In this document: in pieces, positions 20,313 through 29,408 of the stretch
How the letters are laid out: each line of letters starts with the position of its first letter
How positions within the stretch are numbered: position 1 is the stretch's first letter
Source: Promethearchaeota archaeon
GTDB lineage: Archaea; Asgardarchaeota; Lokiarchaeia; Sigyniarchaeales; SOKP01
Direction of reading: 5' to 3'
NCBI GenBank assembly: GCA_016839555.1
Contig: JAEOUA010000012.1
Location: 256,001-320,000, forward strand
DNA: 64,000 nt
Made by a program: the position numbers and the translations under genes
Notes under the pieces: model-generated
What the model was told of the DNA's origin: nothing
The model's input: only the letters and a program-made list of their open reading frames with translations
Databases searched by the model: none

Positions 20313-21140
20313 TCAATCTCTAATAAATTCAAAAGTGCTTCCTTCATATTTCTTTGCTTTTCCTTCAATAATTTCGAGGCAATCAGATAATATATTTTCA
20401 CAATCTAAATAATCTTTAGAAATTACTTCAATTCGATAATATGGAGCCGCAATATAAGAAATCTTTAAATTTCTGGTATCTTTTGGATTATCTATTACTT
20501 TTTGAGCCTTAACTAAGGTTTTTTTTATTAATTCAACTCCATTTTCTTGGATAAATCGTAATTTGAGTTTTCCAATGATATTTACAATTGAGATTTCTAC
20601 ATTTTCATCCACAATCTTTAGGAATTTATCTTTAACTTCCTCAGAAACATCAGTAAGATTATTTAATATTTCTCTTCCATTTTCTTTTAACGATTCAACG
20701 GTTTCTTGATAATCATCATTAAAATATTCTAACACAGGAAAGCCTATTTGTTCATACGCATCATCTAAGGTCATATCATTATATTCTTCGACTAAAAATT
20801 GAAGTAAATTTTCTAGTTTTACCGCGTATTTCCATTCTTTCATTTTATTTTTACGCTGTGCAGAATTAGTCCTTCTCAGAGATAAATCCACATGTCCTTT
20901 TTCCGGGTCAACGCGAATTACTCTTAATACGATCTTTTGTCCTTCTCGTAAATGATTTCTAATGTTTTTTACCCAACGAGAGGATACTTCGGAAATATGA
21001 ACCATACCTCTGGCGTTTTTTTCTGAGGGTAATCCTTCATAATTTAAAATATCCACATATACATATTGATCTTGAATATCGGAAACCCTTGTAATTACAA
21101 AGTCTCCTTCTTTTGGGAAAGGTGTACGCGATTTGGGCAT
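20313..21140 (-). CDS. eif2a: translation initiation factor 2 alpha subunit
   Basis: S1 domain HISEVSSRWVKNIR, VDLSLRR, AAPYYRI. Confidence 0.95.
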   Translation of the reverse strand: MPKSRTPFPKEGDFVITRVSDIQDQYVYVDILNYEGLPSEKNARGMVHISEVSSRWVKNIRNHLREGQKIVLRVIRVDPEKGHVDLSLRRTNSAQRKNKMKEWKYAVKLENLLQFLVEEYNDMTLDDAYEQIGFPVLEYFNDDYQETVESLKENGREILNNLTDVSEEVKDKFLKIVDENVEISIVNIIGKLKLRFIQENGVELIKKTLVKAQKVIDNPKDTRNLKISYIAAPYYRIEVISKDYLDCENILSDCLEIIEGKAKKYEGSTFEFIRD

Positions 21141-21296
21141 TATAATCTGTTTGAAAAATATTATTTTTATTTGCTTTCTTACAATCTTGTATCTATAAAC
21201 GATACATAGTTTTTTATTTTTATTCTTAAAATTCTAATTTTATCCATAACTTACTTCTTTATAACCATTATTAGTTTTCAATTTTACAATTTAATC

Positions 21297-21737
21297 ATGC
21301 CAAACTGGATAATACACAATAAATGGGCAAAAAAAGCAGGCATTCCCGAAAAGATTGCTGAATTTGTTGATAGAAGTATCGATTACGGTTCAAATTGGCT
21401 TCCTAAGGACCGTCAAGAATATGAAATTCACGAGGAAGGAGAGAATGAAAATAATTTTTATCGTCAATTAATTTTTTTTTATGACAATGATATTCTTCGA
21501 AAAAATTTTATAAAAGCCTGTTATTTACATCATATGCTCGATTATTTTAAGGAGACTTATGTGGATATTTACAATATAGAATTAGTATTTGAAAAATTTC
21601 TTGAAAATAAAGCTATTGTAAGAATTCAAGATAGTCAGGGAAATATCATAAATTTTGAAAATGAACTCAATGAGATTTTCCAATTAATACGCGATAATAA
21701 GACAGATTTATTTAAAGATATAAAAGAAACGTATTAA
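21297..21737 (+). CDS. hypothetical protein, possible helical metal-dependent hydrolase
   Basis: N-terminal MPNW..H and LHH.LD metal-ligand-like motifs. Confidence 0.6.
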   Translation: MPNWIIHNKWAKKAGIPEKIAEFVDRSIDYGSNWLPKDRQEYEIHEEGENENNFYRQLIFFYDNDILRKNFIKACYLHHMLDYFKETYVDIYNIELVFEKFLENKAIVRIQDSQGNIINFENELNEIFQLIRDNKTDLFKDIKETY

Positions 21738-21941
21738 CTTGTTTTGTGTTGATAATTGCTGCTTAGACCCGATTCTCCTCATATAAAGCATTTCTCTTTC
21801 TTAGAAATTACCAAAAGCTTTTTAATCTACAAAGAATTTTCTTACGCACTCAAATCGATTCAAAATTGACATCTACAAATTTGAGGAAATGAATGATAAT
21901 TTCAATTCATAAGAAAAAAATTTTTACCACTTTTGAGGGGA

Positions 21942-22005
21942 GTTAATAGATCTCTTAACTATCTAAGTTAATCACTATCTTAACAATGTTGATATTGATC
22001 TTAAC
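21942..22005. repeat. three tandem 18-bp palindromic units GTTRA-N8-TTAAC
   Basis: GTTAATAGATCTCTTAAC (21942-59), GTTAATCACTATCTTAAC (21967-84), GTTGATATTGATCTTAAC (21988-22005). Confidence 0.8.
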
Positions 22006-22087
22006 TTATAAAAAAAATAAGAATAGTCTTAAAAAAAGGATAAAAAAAAGAAAATATGAGTAAGCATTTATCACGCATTATACTTTT

Positions 22088-22288
22088 TCAGAGCAATGAT
22101 TTTAATAAGATTACATCATTATTGAGAAAATCGAACAAAAATAAGAGATAAGCGGTATGTTCATAATTATGTGTCTTCAGATCTCGATGATAATTGTTCG
22201 AGTCTAAATATTTGTTGCCGATCTTGGTCGAAAAAAAATTATACAAAAAGTCTTTCTCTCTCTTGCTTAACCTTTGGATGATTTCCAC
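22088..22288 (-). CDS. doubtful short ORF or gene fragment
   Basis: 66 aa GTG ORF just downstream of a minus-strand remnant; no motif. Confidence 0.25.
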   Translation of the reverse strand: MEIIQRLSKREKDFLYNFFSTKIGNKYLDSNNYHRDLKTHNYEHTAYLLFLFDFLNNDVILLKSLL

Positions 22289-22301
22289 GATAATCTTAAT
22301 C

Positions 22302-22586
22302 TTAAATAAATAATTTAGGATTAATTTTTTTAATTTTATCCTTTAATTCTTTTGCTTTTGTTTCATTTAACAAGCTTTTATCGATTTGTGCTAAAAATTC
22401 CTTTTTGTCACTTTTTTCAATTATAGATAATCCAAGAAATACTATTATTGATATTCTAGCATAATTAAAAATCTCGTTGGTAAATTTCTCGATATTGGGT
22501 TCTAATTTCTGCCATTTTTTCAGTTTGCTTTTTCTATCACTACCATGTAAAATTAAATTTTTTGAGGCTTTTAGAAAGGATTTTTC
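22302..22586 (-). pseudogene. 5'-truncated remnant resembling the C-terminus of a HEPN-domain protein
   Basis: 94-codon open frame with no 5' start: ...KNLILHGSDRKSKLKKWQKLEPNIEKFTNEIFNYARISIIVFL...ID.SLL... Confidence 0.5.
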
Positions 22587-24369
22587 CTATACATATGGTA
22601 TTGTTTTGCCAGAATGTACATTTACATCAATTTCAGCCGAGGAAATTCTCATAATCACAAATATGTATTTATGGTTATACGAAGATTTTTTTGCAAAACA
22701 TAAAATAGACGCTTATACTCTTAGTTTTCAGGGTATTTCAATGGAAACACTTGTGGGTAAAGCCTTTTTTGAAATGGCAGAACAAATTTCAGCATGGGAT
22801 GATCATAGTTTTAAAGAAACCGATTGGTACTCTGCAGTAAAAAACACAGAGTATCATCAATTTGCAGATGACTTTATAAAAAAGTATGAGTTGTTGTTTG
22901 GTATGGAAGAAATTTCACTCTCAATTGAAAAAAGAAATGGATTAATAAAGGAGTTATCTATTTATAGATTTTTGAGAAATAACTTTGAAAAAGAAATCAA
23001 GAATACGGGAACGGAAATTTTCAAAGGTGCACAAGAATATTATTTCAAAGAAAATGGGATCCTTCTCTCTGAGACAAAACTATGTGAGAAAATGTTTCTT
23101 AATGAATATTACACTGCAGTAAATTTGAGAAGGCGTAGTATGAGCCGAGATATAATGTTTAAAGTGGAGATGTTTATATTATATGACCTTACTAATGTAG
23201 AGTTTCAGCGAGAACTTTTAGATAAAATAGATAAATGGAGAGACGAACATAATGATAAGTCCGTTTATGCTTTACAGGACACCATAAACAGGGAAATTAT
23301 CTATAAAATATTACATCTCTGGCGTAAATTGCACGGAGAAACTATAACGGTGGCAGATTTAGAAAAAATAAGAAATGAGAGATTTAATGAATATAGGAAT
23401 ACCAAAGATAAATCCTTCTTCAAACATAATGTAAATTATCAAAGTGATAGATATGGAAAATCGTGGGGAGTATTTGAAAAGTTTGTTTTAGACAATTTTG
23501 AGGAATTTCAAAACAATAAAGAAATCAAAGCACTTCTCAAAGAAATTAGGCATTATAAAAGTATAACAAGTGGAGGAACCTTACCAAATCATGATCCTAA
23601 ATTTAAATCAGAAGGGATGAAGACCTTTCAAACATATTATCCAATTCGATTTACAATGGGATTAGACCTCTTAACATGTCAATTTTTAGATTTGCTTGGG
23701 AAGGAAGTTCGACATCATCCTAATCAGAATCCAGAAATGTTGTTTATGTTTACAAAAGATAAGAATTCACCTGGCGGGTACCGAGTTGAACTTATATTAA
23801 TAGATAAAAGGGTTCACGGCTATCGTGGAATAACGGATGGCAGTAAGATTATACAACTTCATGGCAGGTCTCTATTTATAAAGGAGAGAAATGAAATCAT
23901 AAAAGCGCGAATGAAACATCTTATTGATTTATCGATTAAGACTAAGGGAATGTCTCCTAAACAATGCGAAGCGTTCTTAAGAAAAGAGTTTAAGAATAAG
24001 CAAGTCACTATTCAGGGCACTAAAGGATTGTTTGATGTTAAATTATGGGGATCTATTGACAAATTGGGCATAGAAGGCTTATCGAAAGATAACATGGATG
24101 ATTTTATTCAAAGATGGTTAAAATGGAATTTTGACAAAGTCAGTGAAAAAGAATGGTTTGAAGATAATGGTTATAAAGAATTTTACGAAAAATGGCTTCA
24201 ATTCAAAACAGAGATATTACGGGATATGAGAGAATATAACAAATTTGACCCAGAAAAGCTTTCTCAATCAGAAAAAGAACTTCTTGAATCTTACTTTTCT
24301 TATTGGTTTATTAATGTTTATCTCGAAAACGAACATTTCCCCGATGGATTCAACCCTTTTTCCCCATAA
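22477..24369 (+). CDS. probably 5'-truncated large protein with a putative HNH-like C-terminal motif
   Basis: 630 codons open; first ~27 codons are antisense to the minus-strand remnant; RHH...LILIDKRVH at 23710-23820. Confidence 0.6.
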   Translation: MVNFSILGSNFCHFFSLLFLSLPCKIKFFEAFRKDFSYTYGIVLPECTFTSISAEEILIITNMYLWLYEDFFAKHKIDAYTLSFQGISMETLVGKAFFEMAEQISAWDDHSFKETDWYSAVKNTEYHQFADDFIKKYELLFGMEEISLSIEKRNGLIKELSIYRFLRNNFEKEIKNTGTEIFKGAQEYYFKENGILLSETKLCEKMFLNEYYTAVNLRRRSMSRDIMFKVEMFILYDLTNVEFQRELLDKIDKWRDEHNDKSVYALQDTINREIIYKILHLWRKLHGETITVADLEKIRNERFNEYRNTKDKSFFKHNVNYQSDRYGKSWGVFEKFVLDNFEEFQNNKEIKALLKEIRHYKSITSGGTLPNHDPKFKSEGMKTFQTYYPIRFTMGLDLLTCQFLDLLGKEVRHHPNQNPEMLFMFTKDKNSPGGYRVELILIDKRVHGYRGITDGSKIIQLHGRSLFIKERNEIIKARMKHLIDLSIKTKGMSPKQCEAFLRKEFKNKQVTIQGTKGLFDVKLWGSIDKLGIEGLSKDNMDDFIQRWLKWNFDKVSEKEWFEDNGYKEFYEKWLQFKTEILRDMREYNKFDPEKLSQSEKELLESYFSYWFINVYLENEHFPDGFNPFSP

Positions 24370-24466
24370 TTAAGAGAATTGCGGGTTATTTAAATATATG
24401 AATCATTATTAAATAGTAAGATATAATTTTTTAATCATGTGCATTATTATATAATTGTAATAGAGA

Positions 24467-24994
24467 ATGAAAGGCGAAGAATTGATCAAACCCCCCAGAA
24501 AATATGTTATTCATAATCCGCGGTTGCGTAAAATCCGCAAGGAGTTTAGAACGCTTATTAAATTGGCAGTGATCGATGAATACGACCGGTTGCGAGGTTT
24601 AGAAAAATTATACAATGAAAGGCAACTATATAATAATATTGAATTAACCTCTGCCCAAAAGAAGCGCAGAGGCTATTTATCAAGAATGCGCTTATTTCTT
24701 GAGCACTGCTTCCATAGCTCTATATGCGTATGCGCCTATAAAAGGGGGCTTCGCGATGCTGATGTTAGCGGGGACCGTGTGAGGTGCACTGAAGTCGTAT
24801 TTAATTCTTTATATCCAAATTCAAATTGTATAGTGGAGAAAGTCTTTTATTCGCTTGAAACTTTTAAGCGTGGAGGGGAAGGTTTCTTGGCAGTTTATAA
24901 AGAAGATGAGCGATTGTGTCGGAAGTCAGGTATAGGCTTTGTTTCATACCAAGAAGCAAAAACGCCTAAAAGAATGTATAAATTTTCAACGTAA
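24467..24994 (+). CDS. basic hypothetical protein with a SICxC motif; possible partner/immunity protein
   Basis: 175 aa ATG ORF, visibly more GC-rich than flanking genes. Confidence 0.7.
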   Translation: MKGEELIKPPRKYVIHNPRLRKIRKEFRTLIKLAVIDEYDRLRGLEKLYNERQLYNNIELTSAQKKRRGYLSRMRLFLEHCFHSSICVCAYKRGLRDADVSGDRVRCTEVVFNSLYPNSNCIVEKVFYSLETFKRGGEGFLAVYKEDERLCRKSGIGFVSYQEAKTPKRMYKFST

Positions 24995-25386
24995 AACATT
25001 CATTTTTTTGCTTGTGAGAAGGTTTTGGATTTTTTAATTATTTGTATTTAATTAAAATTAAAATTATAATAAAATTTATAGTAATTAAGTTTTCTAAGGT
25101 CTTAAGAAAGGATTTTAAAGGGTTTCTTCTATAATTTTTTAAAAAAGTTTTTAATTTAAAGGTTTCTTAGTGGTTTCTGTTTAATTAAAATCTTACTCTT
25201 TAATGTCAAAAGAGGGACTAAAAATTAGTATCTTAATGTTTTTATTAATCTAAATATTTTAATCTTAAAGTAAAATTTTTATGATATGATACTTTTCAAT
25301 ATTCACAATATTTTAGTTTCTTTAATAAATATTGTTCTATTTAATTTAATATAATTGAAATGAAGAAATAATGAAAAGTGATATTA

Positions 25387-26685
25387 ATGGCTGATAAACC
25401 ACATTTGAATTTAGTCATAATAGGTCATATAGATCATGGAAAATCTACCATGATGGGAGCCTTATTAATACAGACTGGCGCGGTCAGTGAAAGAGAAGCA
25501 AGAGAATTAGAAAAAATCGCAAAAGAATATGACAGAGACACATGGAGTTATGCTTATGTATTTGATAGATTGAAGGAAGAACGACAAAGAGGTATTACAA
25601 TCGACCTAGCCTTCCGTAAATTTGAGACAGAAAGCAAATATTTCACTATAATTGACGCACCAGGCCACAGGGATTTCGTAAAGAACATGATTACTGGAGC
25701 AAGTCAAGCAGATGCAGCAATTTTAGTAGTGTCTGGAAAGAAAGGGGAAATGGAGGTTGGCTTAGCCGCAAATGGTCAAACAAGGGAACATGCCTATTTA
25801 GCACAGACCTTAGGGGTTAAACAAATGGTTGTCGCTATCAATAAAGCTGATGTGTGGGATTATGATGAAAAGCGCTATAAAGAATGCGTGGATGCAGTTT
25901 CCGCTTTATTAAAGAATATAGGATTCAAGGTGAGTGATATTCCTTTTGTACCTGTAAGTGGTCTTAAGGGAGAAAATCTAACAAAACCTTCCGATAAATT
26001 TCCTTGGTATGATGGGCCCACCTTAATTGAAGCTATCGATAAATTTACACTGCCTGAGAAACCTCTTGACAAGCCTTTAAGGATTCCTATTCAAGATGCG
26101 TATAGAATTAAGGGTACTGGTGTGGTTCCTGTAGGAAGAGTTGAGACGGGAGTATTAAAGAAAGGAGATAACATTATAATTGAACCTGGCGGATTTACAG
26201 GGGAGATTCGAAGCATAGAAATGCATCATGAAGAGATTCCTAAAGCAGAGCCAGGTGATAATGTAGGGTTCAGCATAAGAGGTCTTAATATGGAGGATGT
26301 ACACAGAGGCGATGTATTATCCCATCCTGATAGTCCATGTACTGTGATTAATCCTAGTGGTAACTGGACCGGACAGATCATAGTTATTTGGCATCCTACA
26401 GCAGTTGCGCAAGGTTATACCCCTGTAATTCATGCTCATACCGCACAAATTGCTGCGAAGTTCATCCAATTAAATAAGAAATTAGATCAAAAAACTAGCG
26501 CTGTGATAGAAGATAATCCAAAGTTCATTAAGAAAAATGAAGCCGCAATCGTGACCTTGTCACCTATTAAAAAGCTTTGCTTGGAAAAGTACGAGGATAT
26601 TCCGGAACTCGGGAGATTCGCAATCCGAGACATGGGAAGAACTGTGGCAGTTGGAATAGTTAAAGACATTAAGACGGGCGCATAA
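25387..26685 (+). CDS. tuf: translation elongation factor 1-alpha
   Basis: GHIDHGKST, RGITID, DAPGHRDFVKNMITGASQAD, NKAD, GRFAIRDMG; ATG at 25387 preferred over GTG at 25378. Confidence 0.97.
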   Translation: MADKPHLNLVIIGHIDHGKSTMMGALLIQTGAVSEREARELEKIAKEYDRDTWSYAYVFDRLKEERQRGITIDLAFRKFETESKYFTIIDAPGHRDFVKNMITGASQADAAILVVSGKKGEMEVGLAANGQTREHAYLAQTLGVKQMVVAINKADVWDYDEKRYKECVDAVSALLKNIGFKVSDIPFVPVSGLKGENLTKPSDKFPWYDGPTLIEAIDKFTLPEKPLDKPLRIPIQDAYRIKGTGVVPVGRVETGVLKKGDNIIIEPGGFTGEIRSIEMHHEEIPKAEPGDNVGFSIRGLNMEDVHRGDVLSHPDSPCTVINPSGNWTGQIIVIWHPTAVAQGYTPVIHAHTAQIAAKFIQLNKKLDQKTSAVIEDNPKFIKKNEAAIVTLSPIKKLCLEKYEDIPELGRFAIRDMGRTVAVGIVKDIKTGA

Positions 26686-26727
26686 GCGCCTCGAATTGAA
26701 GCGATTAAGTATTTGGTTCCTTTTTTT
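26676..26727 (+). terminator. GC hairpin over the tuf stop codon followed by a T-tract
   Basis: GGGCGC-ATAA-GCGCCT (26676-91) and a T run at ~26721. Confidence 0.5.
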
Positions 26728-26919
26728 TAAAAATTAAAAATTATTTATTTTTGCATTTTATTTTTTCTAACTTATTATTAAAACTGTTTTTCATTATATA
26801 TTCTGCAAGTCTTATTCTATTTGAAAAAATCGACTAAATAATACCTAAATATTATTTTATTTTTTCATACAAGCTTTCTTTGTATTTCTTAAGGTATATT
26901 ATACAAGAAGGCTATAAAA

Positions 26920-27390
26920 GTGATTGAAAGAAAGAGTAAAATTTGCTTCATTGGGTCAGCGGAAGTTGGAAAAACTTCCTTGGTGTCCCTACTTCAAGGC
27001 AAACAGCTTGAAGGGTTAACACCCACTGTTGGTCTTGAGATTGAGGACTCCATTTTGGATGGGAAAAAATGTGCAATTTGGGATTTGGGGGGCCAAAAAA
27101 GGTTTCAATTTTTATGGAAGGATTTTTTACGGTCTTCTGGTTTAACCGTATTAGTCTGTGATTCTACGGAAGAAAATATTGTGGAAACTAAAGAAATTTT
27201 GGAAAGATTTTCAACTCATTTAGGTTCTAAAGTAATAGCCATAGCTAATAAGCAAGATCTTGAAAGCTCTCTGAATCCTCAAACTATAGAGAAGAAATTA
27301 GGTATAAAAACATATGGAATGAGCGCCCTAAGGACAGAATTGAGAGAAAAATTGCGAAATATATTAGAGCATGAATTCTCAACCGAATAA
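26920..27390 (+). CDS. Arf-like small GTPase
   Basis: GSAEVGKTS, PTVG, WDLGGQ, NKQD, SAL (G1-G5). Confidence 0.92.
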   Translation: MIERKSKICFIGSAEVGKTSLVSLLQGKQLEGLTPTVGLEIEDSILDGKKCAIWDLGGQKRFQFLWKDFLRSSGLTVLVCDSTEENIVETKEILERFSTHLGSKVIAIANKQDLESSLNPQTIEKKLGIKTYGMSALRTELREKLRNILEHEFSTE

Positions 27391-27522
27391 AAATCTTTAT
27401 CTTTTTTTTCTCGTTATTAATGGCTTTTTTCAAACGAGAATTCAAGTTTTAAGTATTATCTTAATATCTATTAGAAATTCGCAAATTGTATACATTAAAT
27501 AAAAATTAAAAATAGAACTGTT

Positions 27523-28092
27523 TTAATAATCTTTAAATATTCTTCCGATAATATGAGCCATTCTTACGGCTTCTGGAAGTTTAGAATCGATGCAACATTT
27601 TTTTAATACTTCCTGAGCTTCCATTAGATCAATACCTATTTTATGAAAATAGAGGGGTGAAAAGCCAGCAGCAGTTTCAATTTTAGTTTCATAGAGATTA
27701 CCCGCATTAAATATATTTTTCATTTTCTTCTTATATGTTTTTGGAAATCTATGTATAAGAGCCTTTTTTACAGAATCAAGATCTACCTCTCGTTCAGTTA
27801 TCGCAATCAGTGGTTTCTGGGTCTTTTTATATATTTCTTTCATATCTATTAAATTAAAGCCTCCAAATGTAATGGTATGCGTACAGACATATTGAATATG
27901 CTTCTTATTTTTTGAAATTAAGTCAATTATTTTCTTAGTAGCGTTTTTTCCATCAATTTTAATTTTTCTTTTTTCAACCTTCACAAGTCGAGTTCCCTGA
28001 CAAATAACGCCAATTAAAAAGGTATAATCTTTACCATTTTTCAGCCTAAAAGTGGCATCATCAATTCCTAATACAATCGGGTGGTCTTTCAT
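27523..28092 (-). CDS. DUF99 family endonuclease V-like protein
   Basis: LGIDD, IDG.NAT, TITFGGFN.ID, LPEAVRMAH. Confidence 0.88.
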   Translation of the reverse strand: MKDHPIVLGIDDATFRLKNGKDYTFLIGVICQGTRLVKVEKRKIKIDGKNATKKIIDLISKNKKHIQYVCTHTITFGGFNLIDMKEIYKKTQKPLIAITEREVDLDSVKKALIHRFPKTYKKKMKNIFNAGNLYETKIETAAGFSPLYFHKIGIDLMEAQEVLKKCCIDSKLPEAVRMAHIIGRIFKDY

Positions 28093-28535
28093 TTATTAGG
28101 TAAAAACGGTTTAATTGATATTAAAACTTTTGTAAACGCAGAAGTAGCATTTTCAATTTCGTCAAACCTACGTGTAATATTTCCTGATAAATGAGTTGTT
28201 ATAAGATTAATTAACTCTTGAATAGAAATTTTATTGATTAACCATACATAAGCTACTAGAGCTTCTACTGAATTAGCAAGATCGTGAGCATTTGCTCTAT
28301 TCTTAGCAAAATCTTTCATATTAGCATTTTTAAGGGCGGTGGCTAATATAATTTTATTCACTTTTTGACCTGTTCGAACTATTTGATTTGAGTTGCTTTT
28401 TTTTGTTAAATAAATTGATTTGGCTATAGAATAGGATAAATTAATAATACCATCTCCGATTTTCGCCAAACCTTTATCTGTTCCTATAGCTTTTTTAGTC
28501 TTAGGCAGATTTGTAATTAAAAATTCAAAAGACAT
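28089..28535 (-). CDS. archaeal mini-RNase III family protein
   Basis: LAKIGD.IINL.YS and ANSVEALVAY.WL. Confidence 0.8.
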   Translation of the reverse strand: MSFEFLITNLPKTKKAIGTDKGLAKIGDGIINLSYSIAKSIYLTKKSNSNQIVRTGQKVNKIILATALKNANMKDFAKNRANAHDLANSVEALVAYVWLINKISIQELINLITTHLSGNITRRFDEIENATSAFTKVLISIKPFLPNK

Positions 28536-28588
28536 AATAGATTTTAGATTAAATTTTAAATAAGTTTTTTAGATGAAAGAAATGAAAA

Positions 28589-29080
28589 TTACATTAAATT
28601 TTTAAAAAGCTTTTGAACCTCTAAAACTTCATTCCTTAAAGAATCGATTCCCTCTCGCAAAATCTCTTTAATATTATATCCCTCTTTTATTTTTATAAAA
28701 ATGCAGGGTAAATCGATATTAGTTTTTTTATATGCTGCTATTGCCACGCTGTTTAAATTTAAAAGATGATTAACCAATATATTGAGGAATCCATGTGATT
28801 GATTTTTTATAACTACTTCAAAGTTATTTTTACCTTCAGCATGATGTATTTCGATATCCAAATATTTATATTGAGGAACCTCTTCTTCCTCCTCCATAAT
28901 AAAATCCAAAGTATCCTCTAATTCCTCTTCAGCTTCTATGATCTCCTCTAATTCCTCCTTCTTCTCTTCAGACTTTTCCTTTTCTTTTTCTTCTTCTATT
29001 TCTGGATATACACTTTGAATATCTTCATCCATTAATTCATCAAATTCATCAATAGACTCATTATTTTTTTTCTTTGCCAT
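28589..29080 (-). CDS. rpoL: RNA polymerase subunit L (Rpo11) with long acidic N-terminal extension
   Basis: C-terminal ~90 aa EVVIKNQSHGFLNIL...V.IAAY; position in the csl4 operon; ATG at 29080 or GTG at 29098. Confidence 0.75.
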   Translation of the reverse strand: MAKKKNNESIDEFDELMDEDIQSVYPEIEEEKEKEKSEEKKEELEEIIEAEEELEDTLDFIMEEEEEVPQYKYLDIEIHHAEGKNNFEVVIKNQSHGFLNILVNHLLNLNSVAIAAYKKTNIDLPCIFIKIKEGYNIKEILREGIDSLRNEVLEVQKLFKNLM

Positions 29081-29174
29081 AAAAATACCATCTTCCACGA
29101 TTATATTTTAAATTAGTGAAAAATAGAATAAATTTTTTTTGGTTTAAAATAAATAAGCAAAATAAAATATATTT

Positions 29175-29396
29175 TTATTCTAACCATTTATCAGCTAAAG
29201 CTTTCAATCTCTCAATTGCAAGAAGCTGAAGATCTTGTGGTCCTGAAAGCGTGATTTCTATATCTGATCCTTCCACGATGCATTGTAAATTAATATAATT
29301 CACTTTTTTTTGAATACTTTCCAAAAAAGAGATAGTATTGTCTAATTTTCCTGATTTATTGAAAAAGCGGATGGTTTTTTTACTCAATAGAATCAC
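29175..29396 (-). CDS. small hypothetical protein between csl4 and rpoL (DUF2067-like position)
   Basis: 73 aa alpha/beta pattern, operonic spacing. Confidence 0.6.
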   Translation of the reverse strand: MILLSKKTIRFFNKSGKLDNTISFLESIQKKVNYINLQCIVEGSDIEITLSGPQDLQLLAIERLKALADKWLE

Positions 29397-29408
29397 AAAA
29401 TAAAAAAG

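Noticed and set aside
21942-22005. Possible mini-CRISPR array
   Set aside because: Units are 18 bp with 3-7 bp gaps, no spacer-length unique sequence, and no cas genes nearby
25090-25180. Recurring GGTTTCT words upstream of tuf
   Set aside because: Irregular spacing and short; no defensible call as operator or att site
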